NCBI GenBank assembly: GCA_046484245.1
Contig: JAWOBN010000067.1
Location: 1-29,364, forward strand
Reading direction: 5' to 3'
Origin: a bacterium
GTDB taxonomy: Bacteria > Hydrothermota > 32-111
Length of the DNA: 29,364 bases
Shown here piece after piece: positions 17,801 through 27,694 of this stretch. The number at the start of each line of letters is the position of its first letter. The first letter of the stretch is position 1. Made by a program: the position numbers and the translations under genes. The notes beneath the pieces were generated by a model, which was given only the letters and a program-made list of their open reading frames with translations, was not told the origin of the DNA and did no database searches.

Positions 17801-17997
17801 ATGTACGTATAGGCATATTTGACCAGACAGGCACAGTAAAAAAAGAGATGGATATAGATGAGGGATATTCACCGGGCATTAATGAAATTGAAATAGATAT
17901 AGAGGACCTAGCAGCAGGGTTTTACATACTCCGTCTGCAGCTGGACAGCGGCAATGATTCACAATTCAAATTCTTTAAGTTTGTAGTGAGGCAGTAA
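14875..17997 (+). CDS. Secreted M6-family metalloprotease with FG-GAP/VCBS-like repeats and a T9SS-type C-terminal domain
   Basis: Signal peptide. IIFHAG, AHEFGHQLGLYDLYD, WALMGTG, YFLIENR. Repeats SPxxxDxDxDGxxEI. C-terminal IYPNP...IFDQTG...LAAGFYIL...KFVVRQ. Confidence 0.88.
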   Translation: MKRLTALLFIILVFTVIYPELGILRKQGAETGYKSMKKIHELLNRHPEYRQFMFRPSERNLLDSKTKAGSDTINVLVLKVEFIEDTTTLTTGNGKMDLRGSMDSEYEIDSTGDSVRNLYYDPPHDSLYFYRQMEALRNYYLDDSHGKLYVDFDIYPKGLDAAYTVPHEMKYYGDTINIVSGMFSLLRDGLKEAEIAGNVDFSDFDCVIIFHAGSMWQTDFLYDSPFDLPAVYISGAEFVFGEPVTVGGVEFNDGIIYSETASQDGGYAFIQGGLAHEFGHQLGLYDLYDTSGETMGMGSWALMGTGNWNMNGLVPPHHAGYNAYTRYNTKPRSGYGNYVYFNQTLDINSDTSNIKLKYLGSNEDSSFKLARVPLNAHEYFLIENRYAYMSPDTFSDDPDSNGFRVWKDGVLVKVNDYDISLPLDINTGGLAVYHIDGSIIDADSGRNMINAGPVKGIDMEEADRVQDFELNYLDIADYEKVFTGSKYDVFYKGGINDRLTPGTEPSSRANNNSQSHIWIYDISPPGTLMTFSVAFDYRLDGFPFELNTEVDVNSPVIAEIDGSRVILLQTMKGEIYAVNDRGEPAFNTTGIMSSFNSDNESYSTPAVGNITGHGNICVTSYSGDIHVLRTDTVTSRGLFPSAEGSPMRLEDAVVASPVLHDIDNDGLDEILITSEDMYFHVFEYNGSTLVENDSMKLYLGAESWSMPVVAGSMIYILAADGIVRCIDFEGSEVFRSNTADVNFTGSSPFVCDMDGDSVNDIVFIRGDGTVISVNGETGSTNFMKRIGGYPFYTSPAAGDINNDGRSEIVFFFENMLYALDAKGNTLNGYPIEITDSTDIQSSPIITDINDDSKADILYQRPDGRLDAISEGALPGFPLSTEHTSNSTPAVGYLNDNDRIDIVAAAENRIYVYELNSSLSDMWNTFHISPGNNRYYKHSSRVYANNDMIVEGANNYIYPNPAFDRAVLRFESGTSGDVRIGIFDQTGTVKKEMDIDEGYSPGINEIEIDIEDLAAGFYILRLQLDSGNDSQFKFFKFVVRQ

Positions 17998-18644
17998 TGA
18001 AGAGAATAATAATGATAATATCAATAATCGCATTTACAGCAGTGTCTTCAGAGAGCTTCAATCCGGTAAAAGAGTCAGCAATCTCTCTTGCACTGCCCGG
18101 CATGGGACTGCAGAGAACAGGCAATAGAGCAGGCAGCATGGCTTTTGCAGCATCAGAGGGTGTTTTCCTCATCTCATCAGCAGTCACATTCATTACATAC
18201 AATCAGTATGAGAATAATTCACTTGATTTCGCGTCCCTCAGTCTCGGATGCAATATATCACAATATCCCGGTGAATTGCTCAGCAGGATTGAATACTACC
18301 GGTCCTCTGCAGAATACAATACTTCACTCTACTCCAAGGCAAGGGACCTCTATCCGGACAGTCCCGACAAACAGGAGGAATATGTGAGTGAGTACACTGT
18401 GCCCGATTCACTGTCATGGGAATGGGACAGTGCGGAGACCATGGAGCACTTTTACGATATGAGAAATTCATACAGATTGTTCAGGCAGTTATTCTACTAC
18501 TCCCTTACAGGTATTGCTGTCAATCACATCACATCAGCTGTATTCACATTCCTCAATGTAAACAGCAAGATCCGCGATAATATCAACACATCCCTGATGC
18601 TGGCACCTGACAATCTTGTCTTTAATATTGATATGAGGTTTTAA
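17997..18644 (+). CDS. Hypothetical exported protein (SLxLPGxG motif, DUF5683-like)
   Basis: TAATG coupling to the previous gene, signal peptide, AISLALPGMG, C-terminal FNIDMRF. Confidence 0.65.
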   Translation: MKRIIMIISIIAFTAVSSESFNPVKESAISLALPGMGLQRTGNRAGSMAFAASEGVFLISSAVTFITYNQYENNSLDFASLSLGCNISQYPGELLSRIEYYRSSAEYNTSLYSKARDLYPDSPDKQEEYVSEYTVPDSLSWEWDSAETMEHFYDMRNSYRLFRQLFYYSLTGIAVNHITSAVFTFLNVNSKIRDNINTSLMLAPDNLVFNIDMRF

Positions 18645-19021
18645 TGGAGAGACTGAAACAGATAGCAAGGGCATACTGGAAGATCATTGTTGCTTTTGCT
18701 ATTGTGATGCTGCTCATATGGGGCGGATTTCTGCTCCATATTGACAAGAAGATAATAGCATTTGCAGTGATCATTTTCGGTTTTATCACACAATTGTTCA
18801 TGGAATTGCTTGGATTAATCGCCCTTATACCGTTTCTGGGCCCATTTATTGTCAAGATCATTTCCCTGCCGTTTATACTTATTATAAACGGACTTGCATA
18901 TATTGTAACATTCTTTGCATTCAAGAGGGGATACAAGGTTGAAGTGGCAAGATCAAAGATGTTCACTACTGCTGTTCTCATAGGTATTATAATCGGATTT
19001 ATACTGGGGAAATTATTATGA
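18644..19021 (+). CDS. Small integral membrane protein (about 4 TM helices)
   Basis: TAATG coupling and an almost wholly hydrophobic sequence. Confidence 0.75.
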   Translation: MERLKQIARAYWKIIVAFAIVMLLIWGGFLLHIDKKIIAFAVIIFGFITQLFMELLGLIALIPFLGPFIVKIISLPFILIINGLAYIVTFFAFKRGYKVEVARSKMFTTAVLIGIIIGFILGKLL

Positions 19022-21873
19022 AGAGATTACTCATTACATTGCTCATTATTACTGTTATCATGTCCCTCAATGCCCAGACAGGCAGATTCGGGAAGAATAA
19101 GGTGACTTACAAGAGCAAGAGCTGGGAGATGATAGAGACGGATCATTTTGATATATACTATTATCAGGGAGGGGAGCAGCCGGCATCCTTTGCAGTTGAT
19201 ATTGCAGAGGAGAGCATAAAGAGACTGGAGAATGAATTTGCATACAAGATGAAAAATAGAATCCCGCTTATTATATATAATTCCCACAAGGATTTTGAAG
19301 AGACCAATGTCACCATGGGCCTCATTGAGGAATTTGTCGGAGGATTCACCGAGTCATTGAAGAACAGGGTGGTGGTTCCCTTTGAGGGTTCGTATGAGGA
19401 TTTCCGGCATGTGATAAATCATGAGATTGTCCATGCACTGCAGTTTGACATGCTGTACGGCAGGGGAGGAGCAGGAACAATTATCGGGACTGTTGTATAT
19501 GACATACCGCTCTGGTTTATTGAGGGCAGTGCAGAGTTCTACTCAAGGGAATGGGACAGCCAGACCGATATGTATATGAGGAATGCAATCATATATGATA
19601 ATTTGATTGATCTGGATATACTCCAATACTATTCAGGCGGATATATCATATACAAGGAGGGGCAGGCTGTTCTCAAATTCATTGCCGATACATACGGCAG
19701 GCGGAAGATTGTGGATCTGTACAGAAGCATAAGGAGAACAAAATCATTAGAAAGATCATTGAAATCAACAATAGGTCTTAATCTCAGGCAATTGGATAAG
19801 AAATTCAAATTCTATCTGAAAAAACGCTATGCCCCTGTAATAGCAGAAAAAGAACCCGGTGTGGCAAACAGCAAATCACTGCTCGGTGATTTCATGGATG
19901 TCTCGCCGTATAATGTGTCACCTGCTCTTTCGCCTGATGGTAATTATGTTGCTTTTATTGCGGAGCGGTACGGGTATTTTGACATATATCTGATGTCAAT
20001 AGATAATACAGAGTACAAGAAGAAGATAGTCCCCCGCACACTGACGAGACATTATGAGAGTTTCCACCTGAAACAGGGCAATCTTAACTGGTCATCAGAC
20101 AGCAGGATACTGCTCTTCTCCGTGCGTGAGGGGAACAGTGAACTTATCTGTCTCTACAATGCCTCGGAAGGCAGGATGGAAAAGAGGATAAGAATTGAAG
20201 CGGACGGTGTATTCTCTCCTGCAATGAACAGTCAGGAGAAAGTTGTGTTTACTGTGATGAGAGACGGTCAGACGGATATTGCAGTATATGACATGGAGAG
20301 TGGAGAGGAAAGAATGCTCACTGATGATATATATGATGATGTAAATCCGCAGTTCCTTGACAGCCGGACAGTTGTTTTCTCCAGTTCAAGGAATGAAAAC
20401 GGCACATGGAATTATGATCATTATGACCTCTTTACAATAGATATAAATACAGGAGAGATAAAAAGGATGACAGACAGGAAACTCGGTTCAATTGAGAATT
20501 TCTCATGCATGGGGGATTCTGTCATTGTTTTTGAAACTGCTGCAGGCAATATAAGCAATTTCTATTCCTACAGTATCAGTGATTCTGCTGTCAGTCAGTT
20601 AACGGATGTGATGACAGGTGTATTCAATCCCGGTGTATCTGCTGCAGGTGATATAATTGTGGGAAGATATTACGGTGAAAAGGGAATGGATATATTCATG
20701 ATGACCAATCCCTTCAAGGATGCCGAGAGTATTATTTCTCCTGTCAGAGAGGATGATTATACAAGGATATTCACAAGATATGATTTCAGTGATTTCCAGC
20801 CGGTGAAACCGCCGCTCCGTTTCTCATTTGACTGGGCTGCCGGCGCCTTTTCCTATTCGCCCGGCTACGGATTCCTCGGTCTCATGGATGTTGCAGCCAG
20901 TGATATCATGGGCAATAACAGGATTTATATCAATATGGAGCGGCTATCAACATCAGGGAACGGCTATATTACTGCCCAGTACTGGTATATGAAAAAAAGA
21001 CTCAATATCGCCATGATGTATCTCAATCTTCAGCAGGAATACATACTTGACTACTATGCAACCAGAACATACAAGTATCATGGGGGCGGGATACTCTTCT
21101 CATGGCCTATTGACAGGTATAACAGGATTGATGTTGAATCGGATATCTATGATTATTATGTGTACAATAATTATTATAATCAGTATAATCCCTACTCTGA
21201 ACCGTATGTATATGAATTGTACAGGAGACTGAGGACAGTCAATTCCATTTCTTTTGTTCATGACAACATTATCTGGGGGTATTACGGACCTGTCAATGGG
21301 AATGCTGCCCGTTTTGACATAGGCATTGCACTCAATGCACCTTCATACCTTCAATACTCCGAGCACTTTGACCCGGATGAATCGTATTACAGATACACAT
21401 ATATTGCTTCTGATATGAGGAAATACTTTGTTATTACACCGAGAAGCCAGATAGCAGTAAGACTGGCAGGCAATTCAAGTTTCGGGCCTGAGTACAATCC
21501 CTCGTACATAGGCGGACTGGGCACTGTAAGGGGATATCCCGATTATCAGTACAGGGGCAGTCATGCTTATTTTTCAAATATTGAACTGAGATTCCCGCTG
21601 ATTGACAGAATACAATTCCCTGTTCCCGGTATATTCTTCGGCAATATCAGAGGTGTCATATTCACTGATATGGGTTTTGCCAAGGATGATCTGAGCAGAC
21701 TGAGGCTCTTTGCAGAGGATTTTCTGCTTGATGATCTCAAGCTCGGATACGGTGCAGGAATAAGGATGGATATATGGTTTGCAATTCTCAAACTGGATGT
21801 GGCAAAACACACGGATATGCGTGTAAATTCACAGGATTATTACTGGCATATAGGCTTTGGGGCGGAATTTTAA
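19018..21873 (+). CDS. Omp85-family outer-membrane protein with N-terminal peptidase MA-like (gluzincin) domain and TolB/PD40 beta-propeller
   Basis: FGKNKV, NHEIVH...PLWFIEGSAEF (HExxH plus E). Propeller repeats SPALSPDG/FSPA/NPQF. Barrel motifs GGLGTVRGY and NIELRFP. C-terminal IGFGAEF. Confidence 0.85.
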   Translation: MKRLLITLLIITVIMSLNAQTGRFGKNKVTYKSKSWEMIETDHFDIYYYQGGEQPASFAVDIAEESIKRLENEFAYKMKNRIPLIIYNSHKDFEETNVTMGLIEEFVGGFTESLKNRVVVPFEGSYEDFRHVINHEIVHALQFDMLYGRGGAGTIIGTVVYDIPLWFIEGSAEFYSREWDSQTDMYMRNAIIYDNLIDLDILQYYSGGYIIYKEGQAVLKFIADTYGRRKIVDLYRSIRRTKSLERSLKSTIGLNLRQLDKKFKFYLKKRYAPVIAEKEPGVANSKSLLGDFMDVSPYNVSPALSPDGNYVAFIAERYGYFDIYLMSIDNTEYKKKIVPRTLTRHYESFHLKQGNLNWSSDSRILLFSVREGNSELICLYNASEGRMEKRIRIEADGVFSPAMNSQEKVVFTVMRDGQTDIAVYDMESGEERMLTDDIYDDVNPQFLDSRTVVFSSSRNENGTWNYDHYDLFTIDINTGEIKRMTDRKLGSIENFSCMGDSVIVFETAAGNISNFYSYSISDSAVSQLTDVMTGVFNPGVSAAGDIIVGRYYGEKGMDIFMMTNPFKDAESIISPVREDDYTRIFTRYDFSDFQPVKPPLRFSFDWAAGAFSYSPGYGFLGLMDVAASDIMGNNRIYINMERLSTSGNGYITAQYWYMKKRLNIAMMYLNLQQEYILDYYATRTYKYHGGGILFSWPIDRYNRIDVESDIYDYYVYNNYYNQYNPYSEPYVYELYRRLRTVNSISFVHDNIIWGYYGPVNGNAARFDIGIALNAPSYLQYSEHFDPDESYYRYTYIASDMRKYFVITPRSQIAVRLAGNSSFGPEYNPSYIGGLGTVRGYPDYQYRGSHAYFSNIELRFPLIDRIQFPVPGIFFGNIRGVIFTDMGFAKDDLSRLRLFAEDFLLDDLKLGYGAGIRMDIWFAILKLDVAKHTDMRVNSQDYYWHIGFGAEF

Positions 21874-24800
21874 TACTGCTCGCCTGTCTTCCTCTCTTTT
21901 CAGAAGCAGTAATCCCGCAATTTGAACTTACAGGTGCCGGTGATTATGTTAAGCTCAAAACACCTTATGCCCGTATCAACAGGGAGCCCGGTTATCCGGA
22001 TATTCCTGTTATGCGTCATATATACTCCGGTACTGTCTCCGTAAAAATCAATGTGATTTCAACAGACAGTATATATCTTGAGTTGCCCCTCCTGCCGGTT
22101 CCCGGGAAATCGCCCAAATCACTGCCGTATGACGAGTTGTATAATCCTGATGAGACCATCTATAAAAAAAGTGAATTGCTTATAAACAGCAGTCATGCCC
22201 TATTTGATAATGGCGGGAATACTGTGCTGGAGATATTCCCCTTTGACTATATACCCTCCGTGAATCTGCTTATTGTCAAGACAATGGATATAGCAGTTGA
22301 AAAACATGACCGTCCAAAGTATTCAGGCAATGATTTACTCATTGTGTATCATGATGCATTTCAAGATGCAATGGACAATATGGAATACATATTCACAATG
22401 CGCGGTCATGATGTATATACCCATTCTCTGTCTGAAACAGGCACTGCCCCCACTGATATTGTTTCATTTTTAAGGAACAGATATTCCGCGGACCCTTTCA
22501 GGTATCTGCTCCTTGTAGGGAGTTCCGGTAAAATAGGTTATTCCCGCGGAACAGGCCATGCATCACCTGTCTCGGATCTCAATTATTCCCTCATGGATAC
22601 AATGGATTATTTCCCTGATATCATTGTCTCGCGGCTTCCCTTTGACACATTGTCCAATCTGGCTGATTATATAAGTAATCTGGAGGAGCATTTCCGCAGG
22701 GGCAATGGCTCAGTGCTCCCGGGAGCTTATTTCATGGCAACAGATGATAATACATATCACCTGCTTGCTGAATCAACGCAGCTATATTCAATGGAAAAAT
22801 TCCGTCAGAATGATTATGAAACGGATTCATTCTTTCAATACTATCCTTCCGGCATACCGGTTGAAGATGCACTGAACACCTCAAAAGCATTTGCCTTCTA
22901 TACTGGTCACGGAACTGAATACAGATGGATGGGGCCTGCATTCAATAAGGATAATATTGCAGGACTGAGCAATAATCCAGTCTATCCCGTGGTATTCTCC
23001 TTTGCCTGTCTTACAGGTGATTATGATTACACTGATTTCCTCGGCTGGCAATGGCTGAGATTCAGCGGAAGGGGGGCTCTCGGATTCATAGGTTCATCGG
23101 AATTGACTTACTGGCAAGAGGATGATTATCTTCAGAGAGGATTCGTTGATTCTCTTTTTGGTTCAGGATATATGCTTGAAGCATTCAATGGAGCCAAGAG
23201 GGAGTTTTTCCGTTTCTATGGGGATAATGAATATACCAGGGGCTATTTTGAGCAGTACAATTATTTTACTGTACCTGACATATACAGGGGTAACAGGGAT
23301 ATAGATTCTCTTGATATAAAGACCCGGAGGTATCAGACAGGCGACAGTATTCAGTTCAGAGCTGATTTTACAGGTACTCCGGACAAGCCGTTCTTTGCCC
23401 TCTTATTCAGTGATTCAGCAGAACAGGATATGAGTTTCTCTCTGCCCGGTGATTATACAATGAATCACAGGGGTGCTGCAGGCGATACTGTCCTCTTCTC
23501 GTATTATCTGCCCGGAAGGGTAATGGAGAGCAGAGAGATCATTGTTATTGATGAGGGGCCGTTTGTAGGCCTGAATTATTCCGGTGTTTCCCGATATACA
23601 GCAGACACAGTATCAATGGATATTGAATTGAAGAATTTCGGAACAGACAATGCTCATGGTATAGAATGCTTTGTGCATTATCTGCCTGACGGATTTACTC
23701 CAGTCGGAGATTCAATGACTCTGGACTCATTGCTGCCTGATTCAGCCCATCTTTTCAAGAATGGTCTGATCATCAGGCTTGGGGATTTCAATGAAGCTGC
23801 GGATACTGTATGCACATTGGGCATATCCTTCCTCTCGGACACTGTATTTGAACCTATTGCACTGAGCGGCCTCAAACCCTCATTTTCCGTTGACTTCATT
23901 GATGCAGCCGGCAGTGCTGATACAGGCAGTTTCATAGTAAGGAACACAGAGACAGCCATGCTCTTTGAAATTGAGAATACATCGCCCGTGAGATTGTCCG
24001 ATGTCTCTGCATCCATATCCGTAAGCAGCGGTATTGTCTTCAATGATTCCCTTCATATAAATTCAATGGAAGCAGGGGAGCAGTACCCTGCTCAATTTAC
24101 AGTAAAGGTGGATAATCCCCTGAGTGATTCTATTGAGGTGGATATAACAGTGAACCTCGGTGAATACAATGAAGTGTATTATTTTACAATACCCGTGAAA
24201 CTGAAGCATTCTTATGCATTTACAGGACCTGTCAATGAATACTATCTCTATACATCCGATATGAAGGAATTGTCCAACCGGCCTGTGTATAATGACTGGC
24301 GGGCAATCAATGACGGATGGAAGAGGATACCATTCAGTGATGATGAATGTGTCAAAGTTGAGCTGCCGTTTGAATTCAGTTTCAATGACAGTATGTACAG
24401 TGCCCTTTATGTCAATGCAAACGGCATTATTGCATTTGATTCACTGGAAGAACCGATGTACAGTATTGAACCATTGCCTGTTGACATTACACTTGCACCA
24501 CTGATATTTACCGGATGGAATGATTTCAGGTATTCGGAAGCATTGCAGTCATCCCATTATCTGGATATACTCCGCGGGCATGCTGTAATGCAGTACTTTG
24601 AGAATAGGGGAAAGTATGTAATTGTTTTCAATGATGTAAGGAATTATTCGGACAGTCTCTTCAATTTTGCTGTTGAACTGGACAGCAATTCAATATCAGT
24701 GCATTACAATGATATTCCCCGCGGCAATTCTCTTGTCACAGGAGTACAATTCCCCGGCAGATGCATTGCATTCACATCCGATTCATTCACATTCGCGTCA

Positions 24801-25145
24801 GGCGAGGATATGATAAGGGATTCATTCTCTCTGAAAATAACCCGGGACAGCCCGGTGTACTATGATAAATTCTCCAGGTATGAGCATCCGGATATTGACG
24901 CACTCCTGGTATCGGATATTGTATTCAACCGCACAGTGAGATTCAGTATGATAGTGTATGAAGGAGACAGATATTCCCTCAATATATACAATACTGCAGG
25001 CCGGCTTGTGGATGTGCTGGAAAATGATGTGGTGCTGCCTTCAGTAAAATCGTATTCAGCAGATATGCCTTCAGCCGGTGTTTACTTTATTATTGCCAGA
25101 AAGGGCAGTGAAGTGATTGACAGGCGCAGGGTGATTGTTTTCTAA
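21774..25145 (+). CDS. C25 (gingipain-like) cysteine peptidase with propeptide, Ig-like domains and C-terminal sorting domain; true start uncertain (possibly about 21873)
   Basis: Propeptide PGYPDIP and FPFDY.P. YLLLVG, SDLNYS...PDIIVSRLP. Catalytic FYTGHG (His) and FSFACLTG (Cys). C-terminal IYNTAGRLV...AGVYFI...RVIVF. Confidence 0.85.
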   Translation: MVCNSQTGCGKTHGYACKFTGLLLAYRLWGGILILLACLPLFSEAVIPQFELTGAGDYVKLKTPYARINREPGYPDIPVMRHIYSGTVSVKINVISTDSIYLELPLLPVPGKSPKSLPYDELYNPDETIYKKSELLINSSHALFDNGGNTVLEIFPFDYIPSVNLLIVKTMDIAVEKHDRPKYSGNDLLIVYHDAFQDAMDNMEYIFTMRGHDVYTHSLSETGTAPTDIVSFLRNRYSADPFRYLLLVGSSGKIGYSRGTGHASPVSDLNYSLMDTMDYFPDIIVSRLPFDTLSNLADYISNLEEHFRRGNGSVLPGAYFMATDDNTYHLLAESTQLYSMEKFRQNDYETDSFFQYYPSGIPVEDALNTSKAFAFYTGHGTEYRWMGPAFNKDNIAGLSNNPVYPVVFSFACLTGDYDYTDFLGWQWLRFSGRGALGFIGSSELTYWQEDDYLQRGFVDSLFGSGYMLEAFNGAKREFFRFYGDNEYTRGYFEQYNYFTVPDIYRGNRDIDSLDIKTRRYQTGDSIQFRADFTGTPDKPFFALLFSDSAEQDMSFSLPGDYTMNHRGAAGDTVLFSYYLPGRVMESREIIVIDEGPFVGLNYSGVSRYTADTVSMDIELKNFGTDNAHGIECFVHYLPDGFTPVGDSMTLDSLLPDSAHLFKNGLIIRLGDFNEAADTVCTLGISFLSDTVFEPIALSGLKPSFSVDFIDAAGSADTGSFIVRNTETAMLFEIENTSPVRLSDVSASISVSSGIVFNDSLHINSMEAGEQYPAQFTVKVDNPLSDSIEVDITVNLGEYNEVYYFTIPVKLKHSYAFTGPVNEYYLYTSDMKELSNRPVYNDWRAINDGWKRIPFSDDECVKVELPFEFSFNDSMYSALYVNANGIIAFDSLEEPMYSIEPLPVDITLAPLIFTGWNDFRYSEALQSSHYLDILRGHAVMQYFENRGKYVIVFNDVRNYSDSLFNFAVELDSNSISVHYNDIPRGNSLVTGVQFPGRCIAFTSDSFTFASGEDMIRDSFSLKITRDSPVYYDKFSRYEHPDIDALLVSDIVFNRTVRFSMIVYEGDRYSLNIYNTAGRLVDVLENDVVLPSVKSYSADMPSAGVYFIIARKGSEVIDRRRVIVF

Positions 25146-26116
25146 AAGAGCAGTATCATGACAACTGCAATAAGTATGACAAGCATTATCCTCGTCAGTG
25201 TATTTGCAAAAAAATCAGCTGCTCTCTCTGAAACCGGTCTGCTGAAAGAGGGTCGGGATGAATTGAAGGGATTCTTTATTCTCTTTCTTCCCGGTTGCCC
25301 GGATGCGAGGAAATGCTCTACCTTCAAGATATCACTCTCATTATCACCCTCAACAACAATACACGGAATCTCATCTGCAATATCAATACTGCCGGCAATG
25401 GATATGCAGGCATCGGGATTATCAGTTATTGATACAATATCCCCATCCCTGTATATGCCTGAGATGAATGTGTAGTCATCAAACAGGCCTGAGAACAATC
25501 TGCTCTTTTTCTGCAGAGCAGTTGAATATACAGTGTCAATGAACATGATTTCCGGCTTGTTGTCCCTGTAGAAATATTCATTGAAATCATTACTGTCATC
25601 AGACATGAGGAATATGCTTTCATATTGACCATAGAGCCTCACTGCTGAATCAGCAGGCATCACAATTGTATCCTCCCCCATTGCTCTTAATGAGCATTGC
25701 CTGAATGGACCGGAATAATTGCGGACAATTACAATGGTTGAGTCATTGGTGTAATGAACAGTATCAATACCCATATCATCCCTGTCAATCCTGATGTCAT
25801 ATCCCTTTGAATCACTGAATACAATCTTTGAGGGGTCATCATAACCGGGTCTGTCTGAAACAGTAACAGGATAATGCTTCCCGTACTTCTCTTTGACCAT
25901 TTCAGTCTTACTTATAGAATCAAAGAGTGTGTTGTAGGAAAGAGCTCCGCTGTCTATGATAATGCTCCGTCTGGTGCTGTTTAAGAAGCGGGGCATGATA
26001 AGGATGATGAAAACAAGGACCAGAAGAAAGAGGCTGAGGAAGAACCTCCTCCTCTTTCTTCTGATAAATATCAATACAAGCAGTATGAGTGATGCAGCTG
26101 CAAATATTTCCGTCAT
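25142..26116 (-). CDS. Hypothetical membrane protein (two N-terminal TM helices, one C-terminal TM helix)
   Basis: 324-aa ORF with an ATGA overlap with the pckA stop and hydrophobic termini. Confidence 0.7.
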   Translation of the reverse strand: MTEIFAAASLILLVLIFIRRKRRRFFLSLFLLVLVFIILIMPRFLNSTRRSIIIDSGALSYNTLFDSISKTEMVKEKYGKHYPVTVSDRPGYDDPSKIVFSDSKGYDIRIDRDDMGIDTVHYTNDSTIVIVRNYSGPFRQCSLRAMGEDTIVMPADSAVRLYGQYESIFLMSDDSNDFNEYFYRDNKPEIMFIDTVYSTALQKKSRLFSGLFDDYTFISGIYRDGDIVSITDNPDACISIAGSIDIADEIPCIVVEGDNESDILKVEHFLASGQPGRKRIKNPFNSSRPSFSRPVSERAADFFANTLTRIMLVILIAVVMILLF

Positions 26117-27660
26117 TCAAATGAAACATTCAGTTTATTCATCTGCTCTTCAAATTGTCCGGCGAGGAATTCCGCCTTTTTATCATAAGCTTCCTTATCT
26201 TCCCATGTATTGCGCGGGTTCAGTATGTCCGATGGTACATCGGGGCATTCCAGAGGTATGTGAAGCCCGAAGAAGTCCTCCTCAGCAAATTCAATGTCCC
26301 TGAATACTCCATTGACAGCAGCCCCCACCATGCTTCTTGTATAGGGAAGATCAATCCTTGAACCTGTTCCATAGGGGCCTCCGGACCATCCTGTATTGAC
26401 AAGATAGACATCTGTTTTGTGTTCATTGATCTTCTTTTTGAGCATGCGCGCATATTGTTCCGGATGCAGCATCATGAAGGGAGCCCCGAAACACATGGAG
26501 AATGTCATCTGCGGTTCAACAATGCCCCTCTCCGTACCTGCCAGTTTGGATGTATATCCCAGTACGAATTGATACATTGCCTGCTCCGGTGTCAATCTGG
26601 AAATGGGAGGGAGAACACCGAATGCATCAGCTGTAAGGAATATTACTGTTGAAGGATGACCGCCAATACCGCTGAGTACAGCATCGGGTATGTATTCTAT
26701 GGGATAGGCAGCTCTTGTATTCTGTGTGTACTTGTCATCCGTGTAATCCGGTTTCCGCGTTACAGGGTCAAGGACAATATTCTCAATAAGTGTCCCGAAT
26801 CTCACAGCATTATATATCTGCGGCTCCTTCTCTTTGTCCAGGTTAATTGTTTTTGCATAGCAGCCGCCCTCAAAATTAAAAATACCATTATCACTCCATC
26901 CGTGTTCATCATCTCCAATAAGCTTTCTCTCAGGGTCAGCAGAGAGTGTTGTCTTGCCTGTGCCTGACAGTCCGAAGAACAGTGCAGTATTGCCCTCACT
27001 GTCTGTATTGGCTGAACAGTGCATCGGGAATACATCCCTGAATGGCAAGAGGTAATTCATTGCAGAGAATACGGCCTTCTTGATCTCGCCTGTATAGGAT
27101 GAACCTGCTATGACAATGAGCTTCCTCTTGAGGTCCAGTATGATATATGCCTCTGAATTGACATTGTCCCTCTCGGGGTCGCCGTGAAAATCAGGAGCGC
27201 AGATAACATTGAATTCCGGCCGGAAGTCTTTCAATTCTTCCTCAGACGGTCTTATGAAGAGATTCCTTGAAGCGAGATTCTGCGAGGGAAGGTCATTGAT
27301 TATGCGCAGCGGCACCCTGTAATCAGGGTCATTGCCCACAAAACCGTCAAAGACAAAGATGTCCTTGTTCTGAAGATATGATACAAGAAGCAAATAGAGA
27401 TAGTCAAAATGCTCCCTTGTAATTGATTTGTTGATATTCCCCCAGTTGATATGTTCATGCGTATAATCATCATCAACAATGAATCTGTCATTGGGGGAAC
27501 GGCCTGTATATTTCCCTGTATTTACGGACAATGCACCGGTATCGGACAGCTCAGTCTTTTCCATTTGAAGAGAAAGTTCAATGAGTTCAGGCGGGCTGAG
27601 ATTCCTGTACAGATGATTGAAATTAAAGATACCCAATTTCTGCAAATCCTTCTCAAGCAT
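26113..27660 (-). CDS. pckA: Phosphoenolpyruvate carboxykinase (ATP)
   Basis: TGRSPNDRF, YTGEIKK, MHCSAN, FFGLSGTGKTTLS, LIGDDEHGW, FNFEGGCYAK, NTRAAYP, YLVNTGW. RBS AGGAGG. Confidence 0.97.
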   Translation of the reverse strand: MLEKDLQKLGIFNFNHLYRNLSPPELIELSLQMEKTELSDTGALSVNTGKYTGRSPNDRFIVDDDYTHEHINWGNINKSITREHFDYLYLLLVSYLQNKDIFVFDGFVGNDPDYRVPLRIINDLPSQNLASRNLFIRPSEEELKDFRPEFNVICAPDFHGDPERDNVNSEAYIILDLKRKLIVIAGSSYTGEIKKAVFSAMNYLLPFRDVFPMHCSANTDSEGNTALFFGLSGTGKTTLSADPERKLIGDDEHGWSDNGIFNFEGGCYAKTINLDKEKEPQIYNAVRFGTLIENIVLDPVTRKPDYTDDKYTQNTRAAYPIEYIPDAVLSGIGGHPSTVIFLTADAFGVLPPISRLTPEQAMYQFVLGYTSKLAGTERGIVEPQMTFSMCFGAPFMMLHPEQYARMLKKKINEHKTDVYLVNTGWSGGPYGTGSRIDLPYTRSMVGAAVNGVFRDIEFAEEDFFGLHIPLECPDVPSDILNPRNTWEDKEAYDKKAEFLAGQFEEQMNKLNVSFE

Positions 27661-27694
27661 TATACCTCCTGATTTGATATTATATTATAGCATT

